A DNA stretch of 64,000 nucleotides from Maritalea sp. (GCF_051251695.1 NZ_JBPOEU010000013.1:37924-101923); one strand, 5' to 3'. Shown: positions 1-9,413, counted from the stretch's first letter. Program-made: numbers and translations. Notes: a model not told the origin generated them from the sequence alone.

Positions 1-2
1 AC

Positions 3-995
3 ACTTCTGGCGACCTTGACTGGCATTTGAAAGCTGTTGCAACTGCAGACAGCGATTTCGGTCCAGCAATGGCTGTTATTAAGATTTCTGAAAAAGAAGA
101 CGATACATCACGCACCGGTGGTGCTGCAGGTGTAGCTCCAGCAACTTTGACCGCAACTGCTAATGATGTTGTGTTGGAAGAAGGCTATGTTGGTATCGGC
201 GACGCTTCTTCAGTTGTTCTTTATGCTGGTAAAAAAGGCTCAGTTGCTAAAGAAGACGACGACGAAACATTTACAGCAATCTTCGCTCTTGACTCACTTG
301 GTCTATCTGGCGATGCAGCTGGTTCTGACGAAGGTCTAGCACTTGGCGGCGGCGTTGCAACTGGTGGTTATGTTGTTCAAATGTCTGCAAGCCTTGGTGA
401 TGGCGTAAACGCTGTTGTTGCTCTTGAAGATCTTGGTACAGTGAACAATGCTTCTTTGGTTGGCGCTATCGGTGTTAAGCAAGATTGGGGCACTGCACAC
501 GCTACGTTCATTCTTGACGATCTAATTCAAGCTGCAAACGTATGGTCACTTCATACTGGTGCAACTTTCAATGTTGACACAGTGAGCTTCCGTGCTGCTT
601 TCGAAACAGCTAGCGATAGCACATGGTCAGCTTTGCTTTCTGGTAAAGCAACATTTGACATGTTCACATTGGCAGCTGGCGTTGAATTCGATAACGCAAG
701 CCAGTGGGAAGCTGCTGTTTCAGGCGTAGCTAAAGTTGATGACACTACTACATTGACTATTGCTGGTCGTTTCGACGACAACAACGACTGGGATGTTGCT
801 TTGAAAGGCGCGTTTAAAGTATCTGATACTTTGACTGCTTCTGCTAAAGTTAACTTCGACGAAGCAAGTGTTACCAAATTCGAGGGTGACATTGACTGGA
901 TGCCAGGTGGCGGTGCTACTGTTAATGTTGGCTTCAATGCTGACAGCACAGGTCAAACAACTGTTTCTACAAAATTCAAGAAAACATTCGAATAG
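3..995 (+). CDS. Outer-membrane porin (alphaproteobacterial beta-barrel), 5'-truncated by the window edge
   Basis: The frame is open from position 3 (TSGDLDWHLKAVATADSDFGPA...). Alternating amphipathic beta-strand pattern with terminal aromatic residues, codon bias typical of a highly expressed gene, and a strong terminator downstream. Confidence 0.75.
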   Translation, partial: TSGDLDWHLKAVATADSDFGPAMAVIKISEKEDDTSRTGGAAGVAPATLTATANDVVLEEGYVGIGDASSVVLYAGKKGSVAKEDDDETFTAIFALDSLGLSGDAAGSDEGLALGGGVATGGYVVQMSASLGDGVNAVVALEDLGTVNNASLVGAIGVKQDWGTAHATFILDDLIQAANVWSLHTGATFNVDTVSFRAAFETASDSTWSALLSGKATFDMFTLAAGVEFDNASQWEAAVSGVAKVDDTTTLTIAGRFDDNNDWDVALKGAFKVSDTLTASAKVNFDEASVTKFEGDIDWMPGGGATVNVGFNADSTGQTTVSTKFKKTFE

Positions 996-1026
996 TCCTT
1001 TAGGGCAATTTGATTTTGAGTTTGAG

Positions 1027-1054
1027 AAAGCCCGGCATAAGCCGGGCTTTTTTT
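1027..1054 (+). terminator. Rho-independent terminator of the porin gene
   Basis: AAAGCCCGGC-ATAA-GCCGGGCTTT hairpin followed by a T run. Confidence 0.9.
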
Positions 1055-1257
1055 GTGTCTAGTGGGAACCGAACACGAAATTGTTGACAGTCCACTTGAT
1101 TGTCAGAAAATGCTGGTACGAAAAGTATTTGTGCTTAAGATTCTTTCCCAACCGAATGTGTCAACAAGTTAAGCGGGCGGCGGCTTGATTGATACAGAAC
1201 TGCACCAGCTGCGGTAAATTGTACGAATTTGATGCGCCCAGCGGAGTAGCTTGCCAA

Positions 1258-4200
1258 ATGGGATCGATAAAACGTGTGAAATGGTTCACTCTGCTGATTG
1301 CGGGGGTGCTAACCATTGGTGTGGGCAGTGCTGTAGCTGTTTGGCAAACACAGGCATATGTTGAAGCCGAACTCAACGCTGGCGTCAGCGAAAAGCTCCA
1401 CAAGTTTGGGCATAAATGGACTAGCGTCGATGTTGTGGGCCGCGATGTCACAATTTCTGGTCTAAGCACCAACACTGCTGAAATTGATGAAATCACCAAA
1501 CTTGTAGCCGCGCATAATGGTGTTCGTAGTGTCAGTTTAGATATTCAAGTTGCACCAAAGATGGAGCCCTTCAAACTCTCGCTTTCCCAAGACGGCAAGT
1601 CTCGTTCAATGGTTGGCGGTATGCCAAATGATCACGTGACCAAACAAGTCACAGATTGGTTTGGAGAGGGCGACGTGTCTTTGGCGTTGGCGTCAGGCAG
1701 CCCCAGACCAAGTGATTGGCGCGATGCAAGTCAGTTTGCAATTCGGCTGTTGCAGCATTTTGATCAGGGCAATGTAGAAGTTGAAGGCCTGACCGTTTCC
1801 ATGGCGGGACGGGCTAAAGACCATGACGCCTACCACACTCTTGATGTTGTGTTTGGGGCTGGGTTTCCGGACAATTTGGTGCGTGGCAGTGGTGAGATTA
1901 TTCCGCCGCTCGTAGCTCCGTATGAGCTGTCAGGTCAAAAAAGCTCGCAAGGTAATTTGTCTCTTGAAGGAAATGTTCACTCACAGCCAGCAAAAGCAGA
2001 ATTAAGGGAAGCTGGGTTAGACGTTGCAAACTTACAAATCAGTTCAGGCGCACCGAAAGACTTTGAGAACTCTTTGGGTTTGCTCGTGAAATCGCTTGAT
2101 GAGCTTTTGAATGGCGAATTCTCGATCTCTGATGACCGCATACAAATTCAAGGTGAAGTGCCGAACTTTGAGGTTTATGACGATGTTAGCGGGTTGGGTG
2201 ACCAACTGGGTGCATTCAATGTAACGGTAAATCTCGAGAGGCCAGTAATCCAGCCATTTACATTGAAGCTTGAGTTGCGCGATCAACAAATGGTTGTTTC
2301 GGGGTATGTGCCCAGCGAAGAAGGTTTGGCCAAACTGCAAATGGCATCAATGCCAGTAGACGTGTCTAAAGTCAGAGTAGCCCGCGGTGCGCCAGAGCAA
2401 TTTGAAACTGCCACCGAAATGTTAGTGGATGCATTAGGCCATTTATATGATGGTGCTTCGGCAGAGATCGAAGATCAAAAAATTGTTGTGCAAGGAAAAG
2501 CAATTACACCGCAGGACTTTTTGGCGCTCCAAGAAAAGTTTGGCACCCAAATCCCGGACGGATATGACCTCGCCATAGCCAGCATCGAACTGCCGACCGT
2601 GTCGCCATATTCCTGGTCTCTGACCAAAGAGACGACAGATCGAGTTCGGATGGCCGGATATTCGCCATCAAAACAATTCAACTCCCAAGTTTTGCAGCAG
2701 CTTAATGGCGTTAAGTTGATGGATGAGACTTTGCCAGCCATCGGGCAACCGGCTGAATTTGAAACGGTAGCAATTGCGAGCGCCGCTGCTTCAAACCATA
2801 TGGTTGAAGGGCAGGTAATCCTGAATGATGGGCAATGGTCCCTTGCTTCGACGATTGCCAATAAAGAGATGAAAAACAACATCTTTACAGAGTTTTCTAA
2901 TAAAGGGATTAAAGTTGAAAGTTGGCAAGCCCAATTCACAGAACTAGCGCCACCTGTAGCAAAACCGTATCGATTTAGTGCCGTTTGGACCAATGAAGCT
3001 GAATTTTCGTTTGATGGTTATGTGCCAAATGAAGATCTGCAATTGCTTCTTTTGGGCATGGGCACTTCAAACGTCAGCCTAGCGAGTGGCGAACCTGATC
3101 GTTTTGAAGAAATCGCCAATATTGGCATTTCTGCACTTCAACAATTGGAAGAAGGTGAGTTTGGTTTTGACGGCGAACGTTGGCATATTTCGGGTACGGC
3201 AACCGATACGCAAACAGTAGAAAAAATCAAAAATGACCTAGGCGATTTTACGGCTGATGGTTCCGGTTGGACCATTGAGTTGACTGCGCGGATTGTTCCG
3301 GTGGTCCCATATATTTGGTCCGCACAGAAATCCAAAGACGCCGACATTGTCGTCAGTGGTTATGCACCGGAACAGGCTGTGATCGACGAATGGATGGCAT
3401 TGCCCAATGTATCTGGGCAACCAAAAATTGGTGTTGGTGCGCCTGACGAGTTTCAATCCCGTGCGAACGTTGCGCTAAGTAGTTTGCAGGAACTAGAAAC
3501 AGGACGCGCCAGTCTTTCTGGGAATACCTGGTCGCTGATTGGTCGTGCTAAATCTGATCAAGCCCTTGAAAATATGATGAAAATTTTGACGCCGTTCAGC
3601 TCGTCATTCCGACTGGATGTTCATGTTGTACAACCGATAGACCAACTCATCTTTTCAGCCGAACAGACAGAAAACGGTCTAATATCATATACCGGATATT
3701 TGGATGACCCCTTGTCGTGGAAGAAAACGCCGGACAATAGAGCGCTGTTCATTGGAAAAGTAATTGAAGAGCGTGAGCCATTTGTCGCACGGATCGAAAA
3801 CGGTCTAGCCGCCGTCCAGATGTTAAACTTCGGACGCCTTTCGTATGATGGGACCGCTTGGAAAATTGAAGGTGAGGTCGCTGACAAAGCGATTGCAGCG
3901 GCGGTGAAACTAACGCTCGGTGACGACGAAGATCCTGTTTGGATGGTGAACTTGTCCAACGCAGAAGTCAAAGCGAAAGCAAAAGCCGAAGCGGACGAGA
4001 AGGAACGTATGGAAGCAGAAGCCAAAGCGAAGGCTGATGCAGAGGAAAGTGCGCGCATTGAAGCTGAAACAAAAGCAATAGCCGCCGAAGAAGCAAGATT
4101 GGAAGCCGAAGCCAGGGCTAAGGCAGAGGCAGAGGCTGAGGCTGAAGAGAAGTTGCGCTTGGAGGCTGAAACGCAGGCAATAGCTGCCGAAAAGGCAAGG

Positions 4201-5172
4201 CTGGAAGCTGAAGCAAAAGCAAAGGCAAAAGCCGAGGCAGAAGTGCAGGCAGAAGCCGCAGCGCAGGCAGAAACTGAGGCTAAGGAAAAGGCCGAAACCG
4301 AAGAGAAGTTACGCCTGGAGGCTGAAGCAAACGCCGAGGAAAAATCACGTTTGGAATCTGAGGCCAAGGCAAAAGCCCAGGCTGAGGAAAATGCGCGTTT
4401 AGGAGCTGAAGCCAAGGCAAAAGCTGAAGCGGACGAAAAAGCGAAGCAAAGCGAAATCGGTCTCAATTTTACGTGGAGCGCGAAGAAGGCTGGCTCTGGT
4501 TTTGAAATGCTTGGCAACGTGCCTGACCCAAGTGCGCGTTACAGCTTGCAGCTAGCAGTTGGTGCAGCGGAAACTCCGTCGCTTGACGTTGCAGCTGGTG
4601 CGCCTGATCGATTTTTATCAAATGCGCTTACCGGCATATTGGCATTAGAACATTTGGACGAGGGTGAAGTTACCTACAGCAAAGGGGCGTGGGAATTGTC
4701 TGGTGCGACAAGTGATTTTGTTTCAAGAGACAAATCATTGGCCAGCCTAACAACCTCTCCGGGCGATTGGGTGGTCAACATCAAAACGCCGCCAGCACAT
4801 TTGATATGTGGTGAGATAATCGCTGATTTGGTTAAGCAGAAAGCGATTTCGTTTCAGAGCGGCAGCGCGAAACTAGACAATGCATCGACAAATACATTGG
4901 GTGAAATTGCAAAGAACTTACAAATTTGTCCCAAAACATTCGTAGAGGTCGAAGGCCATACAGACTCTGACGGCCCCGCCGACGCAAATTTAACGCTTTC
5001 GGTGATGCGTGCGGAGCGTGTGGTAGATGAATTGGTCGAGCTTGGCGTGGATGCTGGCCGTATCTTTGCAATCGGTTACGGGGAAAGCCTTCCCATTGCA
5101 TCAAACGATAACAGAGCTGGAAAAAAAGAGAACCGGCGCATAGTATTTGCAGTGCGCGAGGCTGTAGAGTAG
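1258..5172 (+). CDS. Large membrane-anchored periplasmic protein: N-terminal TM, BON-like domain, about 8 repeated modules, TolA-like linker, C-terminal OmpA-like peptidoglycan-binding domain
   Basis: The ORF track starts at 1189; ATG 1258 (MGSIKRVKWFTLLIAG) is more likely. VGRDVTISG is BON-like. Modules of the form PY.WSA....GY.P...GAP..F recur. The C-terminus has the OmpA_C motif EGHTDSDG..N..LS..RA..V ... GYGESLPIASN.....NRR. Confidence 0.8.
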   Translation: MGSIKRVKWFTLLIAGVLTIGVGSAVAVWQTQAYVEAELNAGVSEKLHKFGHKWTSVDVVGRDVTISGLSTNTAEIDEITKLVAAHNGVRSVSLDIQVAPKMEPFKLSLSQDGKSRSMVGGMPNDHVTKQVTDWFGEGDVSLALASGSPRPSDWRDASQFAIRLLQHFDQGNVEVEGLTVSMAGRAKDHDAYHTLDVVFGAGFPDNLVRGSGEIIPPLVAPYELSGQKSSQGNLSLEGNVHSQPAKAELREAGLDVANLQISSGAPKDFENSLGLLVKSLDELLNGEFSISDDRIQIQGEVPNFEVYDDVSGLGDQLGAFNVTVNLERPVIQPFTLKLELRDQQMVVSGYVPSEEGLAKLQMASMPVDVSKVRVARGAPEQFETATEMLVDALGHLYDGASAEIEDQKIVVQGKAITPQDFLALQEKFGTQIPDGYDLAIASIELPTVSPYSWSLTKETTDRVRMAGYSPSKQFNSQVLQQLNGVKLMDETLPAIGQPAEFETVAIASAAASNHMVEGQVILNDGQWSLASTIANKEMKNNIFTEFSNKGIKVESWQAQFTELAPPVAKPYRFSAVWTNEAEFSFDGYVPNEDLQLLLLGMGTSNVSLASGEPDRFEEIANIGISALQQLEEGEFGFDGERWHISGTATDTQTVEKIKNDLGDFTADGSGWTIELTARIVPVVPYIWSAQKSKDADIVVSGYAPEQAVIDEWMALPNVSGQPKIGVGAPDEFQSRANVALSSLQELETGRASLSGNTWSLIGRAKSDQALENMMKILTPFSSSFRLDVHVVQPIDQLIFSAEQTENGLISYTGYLDDPLSWKKTPDNRALFIGKVIEEREPFVARIENGLAAVQMLNFGRLSYDGTAWKIEGEVADKAIAAAVKLTLGDDEDPVWMVNLSNAEVKAKAKAEADEKERMEAEAKAKADAEESARIEAETKAIAAEEARLEAEARAKAEAEAEAEEKLRLEAETQAIAAEKARLEAEAKAKAKAEAEVQAEAAAQAETEAKEKAETEEKLRLEAEANAEEKSRLESEAKAKAQAEENARLGAEAKAKAEADEKAKQSEIGLNFTWSAKKAGSGFEMLGNVPDPSARYSLQLAVGAAETPSLDVAAGAPDRFLSNALTGILALEHLDEGEVTYSKGAWELSGATSDFVSRDKSLASLTTSPGDWVVNIKTPPAHLICGEIIADLVKQKAISFQSGSAKLDNASTNTLGEIAKNLQICPKTFVEVEGHTDSDGPADANLTLSVMRAERVVDELVELGVDAGRIFAIGYGESLPIASNDNRAGKKENRRIVFAVREAVE
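3961..4450 (+). repeat. Ala/Glu/Lys-rich degenerate tandem repeats (TolA-like helical linker) inside the OmpA-domain gene
   Basis: Recurring EAEAKAKA, EEKLRLEAE and AIAAE.ARLEAE units, with internal duplications visible at the DNA level. Confidence 0.85.
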
Positions 5173-5197
5173 GGTTTGCCCACAAGGGGAGGTACAC

Positions 5198-5314
5198 ATG
5201 TTTTTTGAAACCATTGGATTTCTAATTTCTCAATATTGGCTATATTTGGCCATCGCTTTGGCGATCGGAATTCTAACCGGTTGGATGAGTTATGCGTCCG
5301 AAGATAAACTATAA
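5198..5314 (+). CDS. Small single-TM protein, 38 aa (MFFETIGFLISQYWLYLAIALAIGILTGWMSYASEDKL)
   Basis: Strong RBS GGGGAGGT just upstream of ATG 5198, stop TAA 5312-5314. It fills the gap between two co-oriented genes and has one hydrophobic helix. It is below the ORF-track length cutoff. Confidence 0.75.
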   Translation: MFFETIGFLISQYWLYLAIALAIGILTGWMSYASEDKL

Positions 5315-5343
5315 ATGCTGCTGACTGAACGAGGGAAACTGGT

Positions 5344-6042
5344 ATGAATGCACCACATCTAATTGAAATTGCGCTGCTAATGCTGGCAGCATTTCTTATC
5401 GGTTGTTTAATCGGATATTTTTTGCGCCGTTTGATGGGCGGTAACGCCCCTGCATCATCTCCATCAAATCAGGCAACGGCCGCTTCCAGTTCTGTTGACA
5501 GCACGGTTGAGAAAACCAGCACCACAACGACCACCGACACCAAAGCTACAGCAAAAAAGGCTCCAGCAGCCAAAAAACCAGTAGCCAAAAAGGTCGCGCC
5601 AGCAAAGTCGTCGGCTTCAAAAGTTGCAACTGCTAAACCTGCGGCCACTAAACCTGCTGCAGCGCGCAAGACTGCGCCTAAAAGCACAGCGATGGCGAAA
5701 AAAGCGACTGCACCAAAGGCTGCCGCTAAACCTACTTCGGCGACCAAACCAGCGGCTGCTAAGAAACCAACCGCAGCAAAAGCAACGGTGGCAACTGACG
5801 GCAAACCAGCGACCTTAACGGCTCCAAAAGGTGGCAAGAAGGACGATCTAAAAACAATCAAGGGTGTGGGACCCAAGATTGAAGGCACCTTGAATAGCAT
5901 GGGCATATATCACTATGACCAAGTCGCTTCATGGGGTGTTAAAGAGGTGAAGTGGGTTGATGAGGAACTGTCTTTTAAAGGTCGAATAGACCGCGAAAAG
6001 TGGGTTTCTCAAGCCAAGCAATTGGCCAAAGACGCAACATAG
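5344..6042 (+). CDS. Membrane-anchored protein with a Lys/Ala/Pro-rich linker and a C-terminal helix-hairpin-helix domain (type found at the C-terminus of some alphaproteobacterial NuoE)
   Basis: N-terminal TM followed by RR, then a low-complexity KKAPAAKK linker, then KDDLKTIKGVGPKIEGTLNSMGIYHYDQVASW...FKGRIDREKWVSQAK. Confidence 0.75.
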   Translation: MNAPHLIEIALLMLAAFLIGCLIGYFLRRLMGGNAPASSPSNQATAASSSVDSTVEKTSTTTTTDTKATAKKAPAAKKPVAKKVAPAKSSASKVATAKPAATKPAAARKTAPKSTAMAKKATAPKAAAKPTSATKPAAAKKPTAAKATVATDGKPATLTAPKGGKKDDLKTIKGVGPKIEGTLNSMGIYHYDQVASWGVKEVKWVDEELSFKGRIDREKWVSQAKQLAKDAT

Positions 6043-6104
6043 TCAATCAACTTCAAGTTTCGATTTTGAACAGTTTGGGCCGGAACCTTTTGGGGTTTCG
6101 GCCT

Positions 6105-7031
6105 TTATTTTCCGAGAGCTCGTTTATTGGTGTGCAGCACAAATTCAGCGATTGTGCCCATTTCATCTGGCTGCTCAAATAAAGCGGGCGACCCTTCACC
6201 TTCAATTTCAAGCGAGATCGCATCTGGCCTGCGGGTTAGCATATGTTGGTACACATCGGCACGTAACAAGTCAGTGTTGCGTGTACGCATGAGCAGCATC
6301 GGCGTTTGGGCAAGGCTGTCAAATAACGCCCAATTGGCGGTCAGCACGTCATCATTATCAAACGCATCAAGACGCTCCAATAGACGCCAGTCAAAGCGCG
6401 GCTCAAGCCGCTTTTTCTTTTTGTTCCATATGTGTGTGCGTCCGGCAATGCTGTCCAACTTGCCGCTTCCCAGCGCCGGATAATCCACACCGATTATACG
6501 ACGAAGAGCGGCAATTGCTTCGTCCTCATTTCGGATTTTTGATAGAAACTTCAAGTTGTTGCGCAACCTTACCAAGCCCTGGGCACTGATGAGCGCCCCC
6601 GCGTCGCATAGTATCGTGCCTGCAATAATGCCTGGTGCTTTTGGACCAAGTGCCATGATCACATTGCCACCATGTGCTTGGCCAAACCAGATCGCGCGAT
6701 GAACGTTCAATATCTTGCAAAGTTCTGCCATATCAACGGCGTCGTCTAGCGTCGAATATTCTTCAGATTTGGGTGCAATTTGTGACTTGCCACGGCCAAT
6801 CAGATCAACGCGAATGATTGGCCACTTAGATCGGGCAAACTCTGAGAACTTGTCGGCAAAAGCAAAGAAGTCCGACATGTTGCGATGATAGCCTGCAATG
6901 CAAATGATGGGCAACTTTGATTTGTCGTCAAAGTCTCCGCTGGTGCGCACGGCCAATTGCCGTGCGCCGGATCGCACGCTGATCATTCTTAGTTCGCTGC
7001 GTTCTTGGCGAATGCTTTGTTCAAGATCCAT
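6105..7031 (-). CDS. Alpha/beta-hydrolase-fold protein, apparently lacking the catalytic Ser and His
   Basis: Fold motifs IICIAG..RN..DF and D.IGRGKS are present. The nucleophile elbow reads GQAHGG and the C-terminal His position reads GEGSPAL. Confidence 0.75.
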   Translation of the reverse strand: MDLEQSIRQERSELRMISVRSGARQLAVRTSGDFDDKSKLPIICIAGYHRNMSDFFAFADKFSEFARSKWPIIRVDLIGRGKSQIAPKSEEYSTLDDAVDMAELCKILNVHRAIWFGQAHGGNVIMALGPKAPGIIAGTILCDAGALISAQGLVRLRNNLKFLSKIRNEDEAIAALRRIIGVDYPALGSGKLDSIAGRTHIWNKKKKRLEPRFDWRLLERLDAFDNDDVLTANWALFDSLAQTPMLLMRTRNTDLLRADVYQHMLTRRPDAISLEIEGEGSPALFEQPDEMGTIAEFVLHTNKRALGK

Positions 7032-7088
7032 AATGATCGCTATACCAAGTCCACGTAATATTGAACAGCGCGAACACCAAAACTAGTC

Positions 7089-9137
7089 TCAATAAATACT
7101 ACGTAAGAATTTCGCCATTTGAAGGCGATTGTCGCCTAAGCGAAGTTTATAAATTTGGTAGTTTCCAAGCACCTTTTGAACGTAGCCGCGTGTTTCGGTA
7201 AACGGAATAAGCTCAATCCAAACGACCGGGTCAATCGACGGGCTGCGTGGATCACCATAGGCTTTGAGCCATTTGTTCACATTGCCGGCGCCCGCATTAT
7301 ATGCGGCTGCGGCCAACACTAATGACCCATCATAGCGTTTTAGCTGCGCCTTTAAATATGTTGAACCGAGCAAGGCATTGTAAGATGGATCAGTTGTGAG
7401 CTTTGATTTCGAATAAGAAATCCCAAGCTTTCCAGCTGTTTCCTTCGCGGTGCCAGGCATCAATTGCATCAACCCGCGCGCGCCTGCATGGCTTATCGCT
7501 GTTCGGTTGAACTTACTTTCTTGCCGGGCAATTGCATATACAGCAGCATTGTCGACATCGGCCAATTTATGGCGAGGGAGACCGTCCTTAGGGAATGCAA
7601 ACAGGTCCAGACCGACGCCTCTGCTGTTTGCGACATCTGACATCAAAATGGCCAGGTCATGTGCTTCAATATCTTGGGCCAGTCGTGCGGCCAGCAACAT
7701 TTCGCCAGCTTCTTTTACTTGATAGATTAAACGACGGGTGAGGGGGCGCGCAAAACTATACGTCTTGTTTGCACCAAACAAACGAATGGCACGAACAATT
7801 TCACGCTGGTTGAACACTGCTTCGTTTTGCTGCCAGCTGGGCATGCCGCGTAATCCAACTGTTTTTTTGCCCAATCGAACCATGGCCAATTGACCATAAT
7901 AATATTGGTTGAACTTTGCAGCTTGTTGGAAGTGCGCGTTCGACTGCGATGTTTGTCCCATTTTAGCATAGGCGCGGCCAAGCCAATATTGCGCTTTCGA
8001 AGCGCTTGTGGCGATGGTTGACATGCTTGCCATTTTTTTAAAGTGCTTCACGGCGGTTGGCGCATCGCCCAAAAACGACAACGCAATCCATCCAGCATGG
8101 AAATTAGAGTCAACCAATCTGCCTTCCGGGCCATTCGTGTATCCAGCTGCTGCCTGGTAGGCGATTGCTGGTTTGTTATAGGCAAGCAGTTTGCGCGTGA
8201 GGGTTCGCCGTTCATACCACCACAAATGGGCTTCTGGCAGTGCGCCTGATGCTTTGTTAAGCTCTTTTACGGCTGCGCTAATTGCGCCATTGTCGCTTAA
8301 ACGTTGCGCATTCGCATAAAAATATAGCGGGTGATTGCGATAACTGGGATCGACACGGTCCAACAAGGAAACCGCGTTCTTTTGCTTACGCGAAACGGCA
8401 ATGCGGGCAACAACTAAACTGCGTTGTGCTGATGATAAGCGATTCATGATGCGCTCAGCACCACGCGCTCTGTCGTGCATCAACAAGCGCTGCGTGCGCT
8501 TCCAATGGTCGTCTCTTGTTAATTGGCGGCTGTAGCGCGCCAAAAGGTCAGCTTCAACAGCCCTCGTTAAAAAGTTGTTGGTCCAAACGGATTTAATAAT
8601 CCGACCTGCACGTTCAACCTGCCCATCTTTGGCGTAAGCGTCGGCAAGAGCAATTTGCGCGGTAAGGGTATAGGGCATTGCGCCACCCAATAGCGAAATA
8701 GCTGTCTGTTTGTCTTGCTTAGATTTCGTCAGCGATTGTTCTATGCGGGTCTTAAATGTCTTTGTGCTGGCAAAATGGGGCGCATCTGCCTGAAACCGCA
8801 ATACGGTGTTGTGATCGATTGCGCCATTGCCAAAATAAATACTGGCCCACTGAATGGTACGTCGTTCAACATTATCGGCAATTGCTCGCGCTGCGCTGTA
8901 GGCGTCAACATAATTGCCGCGTTCCAACGCGCTCAAGGCGTTCTGAAACCGCTGGCTGCCCTTCACCGAAGCTGTTGATGTGGCGGTGGCGCTAATTGAA
9001 CTCGTGACCGTGTTGTCAATTTTTTGCTGAGCGAACGCGTTAGAACTCAGCGTGAGCAATGTTCCCAAGCTGATGCCAGCCAAGATTTTAGCAAGAAACG
9101 CGTTTTTGTTACGAAATATTGGGCGGTCCATAATCAT
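7089..9137 (-). CDS. slt: Soluble lytic murein transglycosylase (Slt70-like)
   Basis: Signal peptide, helical N-domain, SLT motifs ARQESKF, GLMQLMPGTA and AYNAG. Confidence 0.9.
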   Translation of the reverse strand: MIMDRPIFRNKNAFLAKILAGISLGTLLTLSSNAFAQQKIDNTVTSSISATATSTASVKGSQRFQNALSALERGNYVDAYSAARAIADNVERRTIQWASIYFGNGAIDHNTVLRFQADAPHFASTKTFKTRIEQSLTKSKQDKQTAISLLGGAMPYTLTAQIALADAYAKDGQVERAGRIIKSVWTNNFLTRAVEADLLARYSRQLTRDDHWKRTQRLLMHDRARGAERIMNRLSSAQRSLVVARIAVSRKQKNAVSLLDRVDPSYRNHPLYFYANAQRLSDNGAISAAVKELNKASGALPEAHLWWYERRTLTRKLLAYNKPAIAYQAAAGYTNGPEGRLVDSNFHAGWIALSFLGDAPTAVKHFKKMASMSTIATSASKAQYWLGRAYAKMGQTSQSNAHFQQAAKFNQYYYGQLAMVRLGKKTVGLRGMPSWQQNEAVFNQREIVRAIRLFGANKTYSFARPLTRRLIYQVKEAGEMLLAARLAQDIEAHDLAILMSDVANSRGVGLDLFAFPKDGLPRHKLADVDNAAVYAIARQESKFNRTAISHAGARGLMQLMPGTAKETAGKLGISYSKSKLTTDPSYNALLGSTYLKAQLKRYDGSLVLAAAAYNAGAGNVNKWLKAYGDPRSPSIDPVVWIELIPFTETRGYVQKVLGNYQIYKLRLGDNRLQMAKFLRSIY

Positions 9138-9360
9138 TATTTAGATCCGTTTGATGTACGCAAAACAAAATTCAACAATTGTGCGACCCCCATCGCACAA
9201 TCTCGGAAATCATAATTCATTAAGGTGAATGATCGGTTTAGAAGCATGTAAAAACGCACCAAATTTGGATTTGTCGACTTGCGGCCATATTCAACTGCGA
9301 TTATGTTCGTTAACTCCGGCACATTCAGGTTCAAATTGCGGAAATTATTTGACCTTTTGG

Positions 9361-9376
9361 TGACAACATGTTGTCA
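9361..9376. promoter_or_regulatory. Perfect 16-bp palindrome upstream of dapA (candidate operator)
   Basis: TGACAACATGTTGTCA is its own reverse complement and lies in the divergent slt/dapA intergenic region. Confidence 0.5.
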
Positions 9377-9413
9377 ACAGTGCCTATTGATTTGAGTGAG
9401 AAGGGAAATGACG

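Noticed and set aside
1066-1080. GAAC-N7-GAAA, resembling the alphaproteobacterial LexA box
   Set aside because: One mismatch in a short motif, and the downstream gene is not an SOS-type function.
3621-4517. 298-aa antisense ORF (also 5469-5906 and many other shadow ORFs in the track)
   Set aside because: These mirror low-complexity or well-conserved genes on the opposite strand or frame, and have no RBS or family motifs.
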